A DNA stretch of 51,349 bases from an uncultured Halobacteriales archaeon (lineage in GTDB: Archaea; Halobacteriota; Halobacteria; Halobacteriales; Haloarculaceae). The notes below the pieces were generated by a model that worked only from the letters and a program-made list of their open reading frames with translations, did no database searches and had not been told where the DNA came from. The stretch lies in contig CAZMWG010000001.1 of the NCBI GenBank assembly GCA_964569925.1, forward strand, positions 1-51,349. Direction: 5' to 3'. A program made the position numbers and the translations under genes. Within the stretch, counting starts at the first letter, position 1; each line of letters starts with the position of its first letter. Below, piece after piece: positions 1-7,639 of the stretch.

Positions 1-303
1 GTGATGAAGGTGATGCCCCGCGCGAAGTACATGAACGACCCCTTCGGCGGCCACCACGCGCTGAACTTCGAGATCTACGGCCACTTCACCTCCCCCATCC
101 GCCGGCTGTCCGACCTGATCAACCACTGGATCGTCTACACCAACGACGTCCCGGAGGACCTCGTGGCGCTGTGTGACCGGGCCAGCGAGAAGCAACAGGA
201 CGCCGAGGCCTGCGAGCGCGAGTACAAGGGCTTCCTCCAGGAGGTCGGTCTCGACCCCGCCGCCGTCAACAACCGCGGGATCGAGGTCGTCGAGGAAGAC
301 TGA
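1..303 (+). CDS. rnr: 3' end of an RNase II/RNase R family (RNB domain) exoribonuclease; the 5' part lies upstream of the window
   Basis: Open from base 1 to the stop at 301-303. The translation contains the RNB-family signature HFTSPIRRLSDLINH. Confidence 0.75.
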   Translation: MMKVMPRAKYMNDPFGGHHALNFEIYGHFTSPIRRLSDLINHWIVYTNDVPEDLVALCDRASEKQQDAEACEREYKGFLQEVGLDPAAVNNRGIEVVEED

Positions 304-479
304 CCGCGGGAGCCGCTCCCGTCTCGGTCCCCTCGACACCGTCCCCGGACGCGGGCCGCGCGGTCCTCACCGCCGCCGTCCCTCGTCCCTGTCGCCCGCT
401 AGCGCCGCCGCTCCGCGTCGACCGTCGCGGGGCCCCCACACCCCGCGGCCGCCGTGGACCGGTCACGCCCGACGGGCCG

Positions 480-839
480 TCACTCCTCGGCGCTCGCGGC
501 GACGTACCGCTCGCCCCACTCCCGCATCGCGCCGACGACGCCCTCCAGGCGCCGTCCCAGCCCGGTCAGCGAGTACTCCACCCGGACCGGTTTCTCGTCG
601 ATCACCGTCCGGTCGACCAGTCCGCGCCGTTCCAGGTCGTCCAGGCTCTCGGACAGCACCTTGTCGGAGATGCCCTCCACCTGTGTCTTCAGTTCGTTGA
701 ACCCCAGCGGTCCCCGCTCCATCAGCGCGGCGACGATCAGCGGGTGCCACTTCTTCCCGACGATCCCCGCCGTCACCGTCAGCGGACACCGCGACTCCCC
801 ACCGCGACCGAGCGCCGTGTCGTCCCCCGTCCCGTGCAT
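480..839 (-). CDS. HxlR-family winged-helix transcriptional regulator
   Basis: CPLTVTAGIVGKKWHPLIVAALMERGPLGFNELKTQVEGISDKVLSESLDDLERRGLVDR...PVRVEYSLT matches the HxlR pattern. I chose the ATG (cat at 837-839) over the ORF-track start at 992, because the extra N-terminal stretch looks non-coding. Confidence 0.85.
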   Translation of the reverse strand: MHGTGDDTALGRGGESRCPLTVTAGIVGKKWHPLIVAALMERGPLGFNELKTQVEGISDKVLSESLDDLERRGLVDRTVIDEKPVRVEYSLTGLGRRLEGVVGAMREWGERYVAASAEE

Positions 840-1067
840 GCAGTTCCCTATATGTGCTCCGACGAAATAAAAGCCCGAACACTCGACCGGCCGCTCCGCG
901 GACCGCTTCGCCCCCACCGCCGATCGCCTCGACACCGCCCCGGAGTCGCCGTCCGCCGTCGATATTTTCGTGATATCATTCTCCGAACGCACCTCGACAG
1001 TTCGGGTGGCCTCCGAGGGGGTTCGGCGAACGGTACGGCGGAAACGTTTTTGTGGAACGAACGGGTA

Positions 1068-1328
1068 GTGTCGTCCGTAGAGGTGACAGGGACCGTGTCG
1101 ACGAGCGACAGCGGTACGACGGGTATCGTCTCACGACCGTCCGGTCTCTCCCGGTACGACCTGCCGCTGGCCGTGATCCCGGCGGCGTTCCTGACGGCGC
1201 TGCTCGCGGGCGAGGCGCTGGGCGTCCCCGTCCGGACGTCGCTCCCGGCGGGTGCCGCCGTGGGTGCTCTGGCCCTCGTCGACGCGCTCTTTCTCAACCC
1301 GCCCGGAACCGACGACGGCCGGCGGTGA
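1068..1328 (+). CDS. small hypothetical membrane protein; start uncertain (GTG at 1068 or 1083)
   Basis: The C-terminal part of ORF 744..1328 has two hydrophobic stretches (LPLAVIPAAFLTALLAGEALGV, AGAAVGALALVDALFL). It is divergent from the HxlR gene. No family recognised. Confidence 0.3.
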   Translation: MSSVEVTGTVSTSDSGTTGIVSRPSGLSRYDLPLAVIPAAFLTALLAGEALGVPVRTSLPAGAAVGALALVDALFLNPPGTDDGRR

Positions 1329-1706
1329 GACGCCCCACACCCCTCGCGCGGTCGGTCGATGACCGTAGCCTTATGTGCCGTCCGTTCGTCCGCTCGTCCG
1401 TATCCGCCCGAACATGCTTCACGTCGATCCGCACGCGTCCGCCGACCGCGGCCCACGGTCCGGCGCGCCGGACGCGTCTCGCGACGAGCGCGCAGTCGTC
1501 GCCCCGAGCGGGCGCCGCCCGACCGCGTCGCTCGACCCGGTCGCCGGGTCGGGCCCGGCGGGTCGGTCGGTCCCCAATGTAGTTGGGCACACGCTTTATT
1601 CGGTTCGTCCCCGTACCCGAGGCCACCGAAAGCCGGCGTGTCGTGAACGTCTCTCCAGGAGCCTCGTCGGACGTGCGCCGGCGAACCCCGCCGGCCCGTA
1701 CACATA

Positions 1707-2663
1707 ATGGTACGTGACGACGACATCGAACTGAGCAAGTCGATCCAGCAGCGCACCGGGCGGACGTTCCACTTCGCCACCCGTCTGCTCCCCGAGCGCA
1801 TCCGCCACCCGACCTACGTGTTGTACGCGTTCTTCAGGGTGGCCGACGAGGTGGTGGACCGTCCCGACGGACCCCCGCCCGCCGAGCAGCGCGAGCGTCT
1901 GGAACAGATCCGCGAGGCGGCGCTGGGCGAGCGTGAGACCGACGACGCCGTGTTGGCCGCGTTCGACGAGTTGCGCGAGCGCCACGACATCCCCGACGAG
2001 GAGGTGAACGTCTTCGTCGACGCGATGTGTAAGGACATCGACCGGGCGCGCTACGACACCTACGAGCAGCTAGAGGGGTATATGCGGGGGTCGGCGGTCG
2101 CCGTCGGCAACATGATGACCGACGTGATGGGTCCCGAGCGGGCCGAGGCCGCCCGTCCCCACGCGGCGGCGCTGGCCGAGGCGTTCCAGCTCACCAACTT
2201 CCTCCGGGACGTCCGCGAGGACATCCACGAGTACGACCGGGTGTACCTCCCCGCGGACACCCTCGAACGGCACGGCGTCACCGAGGAGCAACTGCGCGCC
2301 GCCGAGGTCGACGAGGGGTTCCGGGCCGCCATGGAGACGGAGCTGGTCCGTACCGAACGGCGCTACCGCGAGGGCGTGGCCGGCATCCGCTATCTCCCGG
2401 CCGACTGCCAGTTCGGCGTCCTGCTGTCGGCGGTGCTGTACGCCGAGCACCACCGACTGATCCGGGACCGTGACTACGACGTCCTCACGGCAACCCCCGA
2501 ACTCACCCGCCGGCGACGGCTCTGGCTGCTGGCCAAGACCTGGTGGCACTGGCGGCGCCACAACGACCCCGAGACCGCCTTCTACGCGGCCAGCGCCATC
2601 GCCGACGAGCCCGGGACCGCCGAGTCGACCCGCGAGGTCCCCGGCGCCGAGCACCCCGTTTGA
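1707..2663 (+). CDS. crtB: phytoene synthase (squalene/phytoene synthase family)
   Basis: 318 aa starting at ATG 1707. It shows the family pattern YVLYAFFRVADEVVD ... QLTNFLRDVREDI...RVYLP, i.e. the two Asp-rich regions of trans-isoprenyl diphosphate synthases. Confidence 0.9.
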   Translation: MVRDDDIELSKSIQQRTGRTFHFATRLLPERIRHPTYVLYAFFRVADEVVDRPDGPPPAEQRERLEQIREAALGERETDDAVLAAFDELRERHDIPDEEVNVFVDAMCKDIDRARYDTYEQLEGYMRGSAVAVGNMMTDVMGPERAEAARPHAAALAEAFQLTNFLRDVREDIHEYDRVYLPADTLERHGVTEEQLRAAEVDEGFRAAMETELVRTERRYREGVAGIRYLPADCQFGVLLSAVLYAEHHRLIRDRDYDVLTATPELTRRRRLWLLAKTWWHWRRHNDPETAFYAASAIADEPGTAESTREVPGAEHPV

Positions 2664-2720
2664 GCCGTCCGGGACGGCGCCGCCGCTCGTCGGTCTCGGA
2701 CCGGAGAACCGCTGCGACGG

Positions 2721-3311
2721 TTACTTCCCGCGGCTGTCGTTGGACCGGACCGAGGGGCGGGTGTGTTCGCTGCCCTTGCCGCGCTTCCCGAGCCCGCGGT
2801 TCTTCCGGCCGGCGGGGGTGAGTCCCCGCATCGCCCGGCCGTCGTGGTCGTCGCCACAGATCCAGTTCAGGTCGTCGTCGTTCTCGATCGCGGGGTGCTC
2901 GGGGTCCACGAGGATCACCTCGTGCCACTTCTGGCTGCCGTCCTCGCCGACCCAGTAGCTCGCGAGCACCCGCAGGTTCGGGTACGTACGGGCCGCCCGC
3001 TCCTCGGCCACGCGCTGGATGTTCTTGCGCCGCGTGATCCGGGTCACGCCCTGGCGCTTCGAGCGCCGACCGGCCGTGAACCGCTCCTTGCGGGCGCCGC
3101 CCTTCCGGACGGAGACCCGCGCCAGCACGACCCCCTGCTTGGCCTTGTAGCCGAGGTTGCGTGCCTTGTCCAGCCGCGTCGGTCGGTCGATCCGCTCGAC
3201 CGAGCCCTGATCGCGCCACTCCTGTTGTCGCTGCCACTGTAACTCCGCCAGCTTGCCGTCGCCCGGGTCCTTCCAGGCGTCCCGGATGTGTGAGTAGAAG
3301 CTCCGTGCCAT
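2721..3311 (-). CDS. rpl15e: 50S ribosomal protein L15e
   Basis: MARSFYSHIRDAWKDP...QWQRQQEWR...RPTRLDKARNLGYKAKQGVVLARVSVRKGG is the archaeal/eukaryotic L15e sequence pattern. ATG at 3309-3311. Confidence 0.95.
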   Translation of the reverse strand: MARSFYSHIRDAWKDPGDGKLAELQWQRQQEWRDQGSVERIDRPTRLDKARNLGYKAKQGVVLARVSVRKGGARKERFTAGRRSKRQGVTRITRRKNIQRVAEERAARTYPNLRVLASYWVGEDGSQKWHEVILVDPEHPAIENDDDLNWICGDDHDGRAMRGLTPAGRKNRGLGKRGKGSEHTRPSVRSNDSRGK

Positions 3312-3477
3312 GGTTCTGTACGGGCGTTGCGTGGTTCAACGCCGTGTGGCGTCACATCCCGACCTGCACAGGCAGGCGCCCGCCGGTGCCCGTCCCCCAG
3401 CGAGTGACAGAAAGTCGGGGGATGGCGAACTTAAGCGGTTCGGAGTCGGTCCGGGTCCGGTCCCGGTGGACCGCCGA

Positions 3478-5481
3478 TCACTCGACCTGGTTGAACAGGT
3501 CGATCAGGTCGGTGTAGTCGATCCGACCGTTGTCGTTGTAGTCGTAGTAGGCCGCGTTGGCCTGCATCTGCTCGTTCTCCATGTTCTCGAAGTACGTCAC
3601 GACGTCGTCGTAGTCGACCCGGCCGTTGCCGTTGAGGTCCTCGTAGTAGCCGTCGCCGTCCGGGTCGGCCGCCCTCTCGGGGAACGTCGGCCCGTCGCCC
3701 GACCCGGAACCGTCGCCGGGCTCGCCGCCGTCGTCGGAGCCGTCACCCGATCCGGAGCCGTCGCCGGCGTTCGCGCCGCCCGAGACGGTCTCCATCTCGA
3801 AGGGCACCATGTCGTCTTTCGTCTCGGCCAGCGCCTGCTTGACGTACTCGCCCATGTTCGGGTTGCCCAGCAGCGTCCAGTCACAGGGCAGGTCCGTGCA
3901 GTTGTCCGGGTACGCCGACTCGTCGGTGTCGTACCAGCTCCCGTTGTCCAGGTCGAGTTCGCCCTCGGCGACGGTGAAGTCGACGTCGAACATCACCGGC
4001 AGCCAGCGGTTGTCGGCACACCAGGCGACCCAGCTGATCCGCTCGTCGGACTCCAGGGCCTCGGTCACCGGTTTGCCGTACTCGTCGGTGGTGCCCTGGC
4101 CGGTGGTCGAACCCTGCAGCCAGATGCTGACCTCCTCGCTGTCGATCCAGCCGAACTCCGTCACCGCGATCGGGTGGACCTCCTGGGCGTTCTGTATCCC
4201 CTGGGCCTCGTAGGCCTCCCAGCCGTAACAGGACTGCTCGTAGACGTCCTCGGGGGTCTCGTCCAGGAAGGGGTTGGGCACCTCCATGTACTCGTAGTCG
4301 GTGTCGTTGAGCCAGTTCTCCGTCTGGCTCACCGCGTGGCCGCCGTAGTTGTGCCACACCGCGGCGACGTCCTCGAACCCTTCCTCGTCGAAACCGCCCC
4401 AGTGCAGCGCCTGGCTCGCCTGACACCAGCCCGGCAGCCCCATCAGCATGAGCTTCCCCGGGGCGTGCTCCCGGACCTTCTCCATGATCGGCGCCGCGAA
4501 GTCCTTGCGGAACGTCTCCCAGAGGGGCTTCTGCTTGAACGCCCCACACCCCTCGACCGGACCCCAGATCCCCGGCGCCGTCGGCTCGTTGTACGGCTCG
4601 TAGATCACGTGGGGCTCGTCGGCGTACCGCTCGGCCACCTCGTCCCAGAACATGATCGTCTCGTCGACCAGCTCCTGGTTGACCTCCCAGGCCGTGTAGG
4701 GGGTGTCGTCCATGTTGTTCTCCGAGAGCCCCTGCACGAAGCCGTCGCCGGGTGTCTCCGCGCGGTACTCCGTGTCGACCCACCCCCAGGAGGCGGGCTT
4801 GTCCTCGCCGTAGTAGGTGTTCTTACACCAGTACAGCGTGTTGTCGCTCTCGTAGGGTAGGTGGTTCTCGGCGCCCGCGGGCCCGTCACCCGGCGGCTGC
4901 TCGTGCCAGTGACGGTGGTAGTCGACGATGCAGTAGACGCCCCGCTCCTTGCAGCGCTGGACGATGGGGTCGTAGTAGGTGTCGAGGTAGTCCTGCAGTT
5001 GCTCCTCGTCGAACGCCGGCGGCTGGGCCGGGATCATCTTCCGCCGGTCCGGGTCGATCTCGGGCGGCGAGTCCTCGCCGTAGCGCTCGCCGGTGTTGCC
5101 GTTGGGGTGCTCGCCGATGTCGGTCGGCTGGGCCGGGACACGGATCACGCGCGGATGCCACCCCTTCTCGTTGTTCGTGATCATGTCCAGCAGCTGGCGG
5201 GGCGTCTTCCCCCGGACGTTCTTGGTGATCGCCAGCCGCTTCGGGTCGGGGATGTTCAGTCCCCGCATCTTGAACGTCTCGTCGCTCTCGTTGACGATCC
5301 GGTTGTCGGAGCTGACGCTCAGATCCTGGAACTCCGCGATCGCCGCGGCCGCGGAACCGACCGCCCCGGTGCCCACGCCCAGCGCGATGGCGCCCGCCGC
5401 GCCCCCGCTGGCCTGCAGGAACCGCCGCCGCGTCGTGTTCGAGCCTGTTCCCCCGTTCGTCCGCTGGTTTCCGTCTGTCAT
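3478..5481 (-). CDS. secreted GH5 endoglucanase-type glycoside hydrolase with acidic G/S/D linker and C-terminal dockerin-like module
   Basis: Tat motif TRRRFLQASGG. GH5 acid/base motif VIYEPYNEP and nucleophile motif AVTEFGW. C-terminus is DPDGDGYYEDLNGNGRVDYDDVVTYF...YDYNDNGRIDYTDLIDLF. I chose ATG 5481; in-frame alternatives exist at 5517 and 5580. Confidence 0.9.
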   Translation of the reverse strand: MTDGNQRTNGGTGSNTTRRRFLQASGGAAGAIALGVGTGAVGSAAAAIAEFQDLSVSSDNRIVNESDETFKMRGLNIPDPKRLAITKNVRGKTPRQLLDMITNNEKGWHPRVIRVPAQPTDIGEHPNGNTGERYGEDSPPEIDPDRRKMIPAQPPAFDEEQLQDYLDTYYDPIVQRCKERGVYCIVDYHRHWHEQPPGDGPAGAENHLPYESDNTLYWCKNTYYGEDKPASWGWVDTEYRAETPGDGFVQGLSENNMDDTPYTAWEVNQELVDETIMFWDEVAERYADEPHVIYEPYNEPTAPGIWGPVEGCGAFKQKPLWETFRKDFAAPIMEKVREHAPGKLMLMGLPGWCQASQALHWGGFDEEGFEDVAAVWHNYGGHAVSQTENWLNDTDYEYMEVPNPFLDETPEDVYEQSCYGWEAYEAQGIQNAQEVHPIAVTEFGWIDSEEVSIWLQGSTTGQGTTDEYGKPVTEALESDERISWVAWCADNRWLPVMFDVDFTVAEGELDLDNGSWYDTDESAYPDNCTDLPCDWTLLGNPNMGEYVKQALAETKDDMVPFEMETVSGGANAGDGSGSGDGSDDGGEPGDGSGSGDGPTFPERAADPDGDGYYEDLNGNGRVDYDDVVTYFENMENEQMQANAAYYDYNDNGRIDYTDLIDLFNQVE
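3481..3666 (-). repeat. dockerin-like module coding segment (dispersed repeat, copy 1 of 9)
   Basis: DPDGDGYYEDLNGNGRVDYDDVVTYFENMENEQMQANAAYYDYNDNGRIDYTDLIDLFNQVE. Confidence 0.85.
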
Positions 5482-5560
5482 GGTGCTCGTGGCGGACCGA
5501 GTCCGCCGTCCCCCCATCCACGCGGTGGTGGATTGCGCTCCGTTGGTTGAAACGCTACTC

Positions 5561-5598
5561 GAATAAATCTTTGGAACCATTATCAGAAATATAGTTCG
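5561..5598 (-). promoter_or_regulatory. AT-rich island, candidate TATA/BRE promoter of the GH5 gene 3478..5481
   Basis: The minus strand reads cgaactatatttctgataatggttccaaagatttattc, in an otherwise ~70% GC context, 80-115 nt upstream of ATG 5481. Confidence 0.4.
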
Positions 5599-5745
5599 TG
5601 TCCGACCGCCGCGTCGCTCCGCGGGCCGACCGGTCGGCGTTCCCGACGGGGACCCGTCGTCCCGCCGTCCCCGTCGCCGGACCGTCGACGGTCCCCCGCC
5701 CGACGTCCCGGGTCGCCCCGACGCGGACGTCGGGGGGAACGGCGC

Positions 5746-7467
5746 TCAGTCCACGTCCTCGAAGAGGCCGATCAGGTCCGTGTAGTCGATCCGGCCGTTG
5801 CCGTTGTAGTCGTAGGCGCCGACGTTGTCGGTCATCGCGGGCTCGTCCATGTGCTGGAAGTAGACGACGACGTCGTCGTAGTCGATCTCGCCCGACCCGT
5901 TGAGGTCCTCGTACAGCCCGTCGCCGTCGATGTCGGCCGGCATCGCCCCGTCCATCGGCGCGACCGGACGGTCGTCGCCGTCGGTCGTCGCGGTCACGCG
6001 GCCCTTCGGCGACGCGTTCCCGGCCCCGTCGACCGCCCACACCGCGACCTCGTACTCGGCCCCGGAGTCGAGTCTCTCGACGGTCGCCGTCGTGGTCCCC
6101 GCCGGCACCGTCGTCCGGCGGCCGTCGACGGCGACGACGTACTCCGCGACCCCGCTGCCCTCGTCGCTCGCGGCGGCCCACGACACCGTCACCGACTCCT
6201 CGGTGGTCCCCGACAGGGCGAGCCCGGTCGGGGTCGTCGGCGGGCTCGTGTCCTCCTCGCCGCCGCCGACGTCCCCGTCCCCGTCCCCGTCCCCGTCGCC
6301 GCTCCCCGCGGCCGGCACGTCGACGTCCTTCTTCTCGGTCAGCCGGTCTCTCACCCACCGCCCCCAGTCGTTGGCCACCTCGTACTGGCGGTTCAGCATG
6401 CCGGGGTCCCAGTCGAAGTCGAACGACCACGCCTGCCAGTGCATCGGGTGGGCGTCGAACAGCTCCGCGAACTGGGGCCCGTAGGTCTCGGCGTCCCCCG
6501 CCAGGTACGGCGCCGCCCCGCCCCAGCCGAACTCGCTCATGAACACCGGCACCTCCTCGGCCGGCTGGCCGAAGTACTTCTCCAGGGGCCGCAGCCCCTC
6601 CTGGGTGTAGACGTGTGCCGAGTAGGTCAGGTTGTCCCCCTCGAACTCGTGTTCGGGCGCCCAGTAGGTCCACTGTGTCCACCGCGGCGACCCGATGATC
6701 ACCACGTTGCGCGGCGCGTGCTCGCGGATCGTGTCCACCCACGGCTGGGCCTCCTCGCGCCAGGTGAGCCAGGTCTCCTCGGACACCGGATCCGTCACGT
6801 CGGGTCCCCCGTCGTAGACGTCGTCCCCGGCGTACGGTTCCACCGGCTCGTTGTACACCTCGTAGAGGACGTGTGACTCCTCGGCGTAGCGGGGCGCCAC
6901 CGTCTCCCAGAAGGTCCGGATCTCCTCGTCCAGCGACTCGTCGGTGTACTTCGGCCCGCTGGGCCAGTGGCGGTGGTAGTCGAGGATGCAGTAGGTCCCC
7001 GTCTCCGCGCACTTCTCGACCGCCGGATCCACGTACTTCCGCAGGTAGCTGTCCAGTTGGTCCTGGGTGAACGCCACCGGCTGTGCCACCCCGGCGCCCT
7101 CCCGGGCGATGTCCTGGGGCTGCATCGGCACCCGGATCACGTGGGAGTGCCAGCCGTCGGAGGTGGCCATCTCGACCAGCTTCTCGGCCCGTCGCTTGTA
7201 GTAGGGCGCGTCCCGGGCCGCCCTGTAGGGGTCGACGATGTTGACACCCCGCAGGACCACCTTGTTCCCGCTCGGGTCCCGCAGCAGGTTGCCGTCTCGC
7301 TCCAACCACGGCGTGGGGATCCCCGCCCCCGCCGCCGAGCCCATCCCGCTGGCGCCGATCCCCGCGGCCGCCGCGCCCGCCGCGGCGGCCCGCACGAACT
7401 CGCGGCGCGACGTTCCCGATCGGTCGTCCTGTCCCCCCGTGTCGAACTCCGTGTCCTCGGTCGTCAT
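5746..7467 (-). CDS. secreted GH5 endoglucanase-type hydrolase - FN3 - dockerin-like module
   Basis: Tat motif SRREFVRAAAAG. GH5 motifs VLYEVYNEP and VFMSEFGW. FN3-like segment PTGLALSGTTEESVTVSWAAASDEGSGVAEYVVAV...YEVAVWAVDGAGN. C-terminus DIDGDGLYEDLNGSGEIDYDDVVVYF...YDYNGNGRIDYTDLIGLF. Confidence 0.9.
   Translation of the reverse strand: MTTEDTEFDTGGQDDRSGTSRREFVRAAAAGAAAAGIGASGMGSAAGAGIPTPWLERDGNLLRDPSGNKVVLRGVNIVDPYRAARDAPYYKRRAEKLVEMATSDGWHSHVIRVPMQPQDIAREGAGVAQPVAFTQDQLDSYLRKYVDPAVEKCAETGTYCILDYHRHWPSGPKYTDESLDEEIRTFWETVAPRYAEESHVLYEVYNEPVEPYAGDDVYDGGPDVTDPVSEETWLTWREEAQPWVDTIREHAPRNVVIIGSPRWTQWTYWAPEHEFEGDNLTYSAHVYTQEGLRPLEKYFGQPAEEVPVFMSEFGWGGAAPYLAGDAETYGPQFAELFDAHPMHWQAWSFDFDWDPGMLNRQYEVANDWGRWVRDRLTEKKDVDVPAAGSGDGDGDGDGDVGGGEEDTSPPTTPTGLALSGTTEESVTVSWAAASDEGSGVAEYVVAVDGRRTTVPAGTTTATVERLDSGAEYEVAVWAVDGAGNASPKGRVTATTDGDDRPVAPMDGAMPADIDGDGLYEDLNGSGEIDYDDVVVYFQHMDEPAMTDNVGAYDYNGNGRIDYTDLIGLFEDVD
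5749..5934 (-). repeat. dockerin-like module coding segment (copy 2 of 9)
   Basis: DIDGDGLYEDLNGSGEIDYDDVVVYFQHMDEPAMTDNVGAYDYNGNGRIDYTDLIGLFEDVD. Confidence 0.85.
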
Positions 7468-7549
7468 GGTCTCCCGTCCGGGCGTGACACGCCTTCCCCC
7501 GTGGACGTGTGATAGGCTCCCGGACGTCTATCGTTACGCTATCGAACGC

Positions 7550-7566
7550 GAGAAATAAAACGTTAC
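7550..7566 (-). promoter_or_regulatory. AT-rich box, candidate promoter of the GH5 gene 5746..7467
   Basis: The minus strand reads gtaacgttttatttctc, about 85-100 nt upstream of ATG 7467. Confidence 0.35.
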
Positions 7567-7639
7567 CGACCGACGACGGCTCCCGGCCGCCGTCGCCGAC
7601 GCCCACCCGGATCGGTGACGCGGGCCGGGGTCCCTGCGG

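Noticed and set aside
3310-4860. Long plus-strand ORFs antisense to the glycoside hydrolase genes (3310..4860, 5851..6876, 7718..10096, 10100..12307, 12332..13291, 16040..17887, 17040..19607, 20347..22404, 23854..25920)
   Set aside because: Their translations are Arg/Pro/Gly/Val-rich low-complexity strings with no motifs. The opposite strand carries proteins with clear catalytic and module signatures. Stop-free antisense frames like these are expected at ~70% GC.
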